A stretch of 64,000 bases of DNA from Candidatus Bathyarchaeota archaeon (GTDB lineage Archaea > Thermoproteota > Bathyarchaeia > Bathyarchaeales > Bathycorpusculaceae): positions 416,001-480,000 of the forward strand of contig CAVRFW010000009.1 of NCBI GenBank assembly GCA_963720565.1. The letters run 5' to 3'. A program made the position numbers and the translations under genes. Position 1 is the stretch's first letter. Each line of letters opens with the position of its first letter. This document shows, piece after piece, positions 63,209 to 64,000 of the stretch. A model generated the notes under the pieces. The model made no database searches, had not been told where the DNA came from, and saw nothing but the letters and a program-made list of their open reading frames with translations.

Positions 63209-64000
63209 TTGAAAACCCGGAAAGAAATTGACCCTCTCGGAGAAAAGGAAATTCCGAACGACGCTTATTATGGTATTCAAACTGCAAGGGCCATGGAAAA
63301 CTTCCCGGTGAGCGGGATCAAAGCTCCATCGGCCTTCATCAAAGCTTACGTTTTAGTGAAGAAAGCAGCTGCAATGGCGAACTTGCAGGTGGGCTGGCTA
63401 AATCAAGATGTCGCAGAAGCCATAGTTCAGGCATGTGATGACGTTCTTGGAGGCAATTTCCTTGACCAGTTTTTGGTCGATGTTTTCCAAGCTGGAGCTG
63501 GAACATCGTTTAACATGAACGTCAATGAGGTTTTAGCCAATAGGGCACTGGATATTTTGGGAAAAGCAAAAGGCAGCTACAAAATTGTTAATCCGAACGA
63601 TCACGTAAACATGGGGCAATCAACAAATGACACGTTCCCAACCGCACTCCATGTTGCGGTATTGATAGCTCTCCAACCGTTAATCCATGAACTGGAATAT
63701 TTGGCAGGAGCTTTCGAGAAACTAAGCAAAGAACATCATGATACGGTGAAGTCAGGCCGCACTCACCTCCAAGATGCTGTGCCAATTACCATTGGCCAGG
63801 AATTTGGGGCTTACGCTTCAGCAATAGGGCACGCCTGCGAACAGCTACAAGAAAGACAAAAACTTCTTTATTCAATCGCCCTCGGCGGAACAGCAACTGG
63901 AACCGGAGCTAACACACATCCAAAATACAAGCAAGCAGCGATAGACGCACTCGCCAAGATGACAGGCTTTCCGCTGATCCCTGCAAGAAACGCGTTTGAG
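63209..64000 (+). CDS. Aspartate ammonia-lyase / class II fumarase (partial, runs off the window)
   Basis: DAYYGIQTARA, QAGAGTSFNMNVNE, MGQSTNDTFPTA, KSGRTHLQDA, LGGTATGTG. Confidence 0.93.
   Translation, partial: MKTRKEIDPLGEKEIPNDAYYGIQTARAMENFPVSGIKAPSAFIKAYVLVKKAAAMANLQVGWLNQDVAEAIVQACDDVLGGNFLDQFLVDVFQAGAGTSFNMNVNEVLANRALDILGKAKGSYKIVNPNDHVNMGQSTNDTFPTALHVAVLIALQPLIHELEYLAGAFEKLSKEHHDTVKSGRTHLQDAVPITIGQEFGAYASAIGHACEQLQERQKLLYSIALGGTATGTGANTHPKYKQAAIDALAKMTGFPLIPARNAFE

Overview
Archaeal chromosomal window, most consistent with Bathyarchaeia (TACK). This assignment is inferred from the Cdv/ESCRT-III operon, the aIF-1A-rio1-Dim2 cluster, a PEF-CTERM sorted protein and general gene content. 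About 55 CDS are supported. Recognisable loci include apgM, a nucleoside salvage and ABC uptake locus, a four-gene cdv operon, msrA, two UbiA prenyltransferases, a heterodimeric ABC exporter and a partial aspartase/fumarase. About 20 apparent single-base frameshifts, some in otherwise intact conserved genes, most likely reflect assembly indels. Several genes appear to start at CTG, ATA, ATT or ACG. The most notable unexplained items are: (1) a 6.7-kb cluster with two phospho-His swivel proteins but no ATP-grasp, two paralogous AttH/CrtC-like barrel proteins, two ferredoxin-type proteins and an unknown 392-aa protein; (2) a 172-nt rod/Y-shaped candidate ncRNA with its own promoter and U-rich end; (3) a locus encoding an ATP-cone/coiled-coil/PH-like/Zn-ribbon protein plus an SPFH-Zn-ribbon protein; (4) a PLP enzyme-DUF1611-PP-loop operon; (5) a box C/D-like sRNA complementary to the tRNA-Leu(CAA) anticodon arm; (6) a long hairpin displaying the anti-SD sequence; (7) an Hsp20 with 8 tandem EPVVAVKK repeats. 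No rRNA, tRNA, CRISPR array or transposase was seen.
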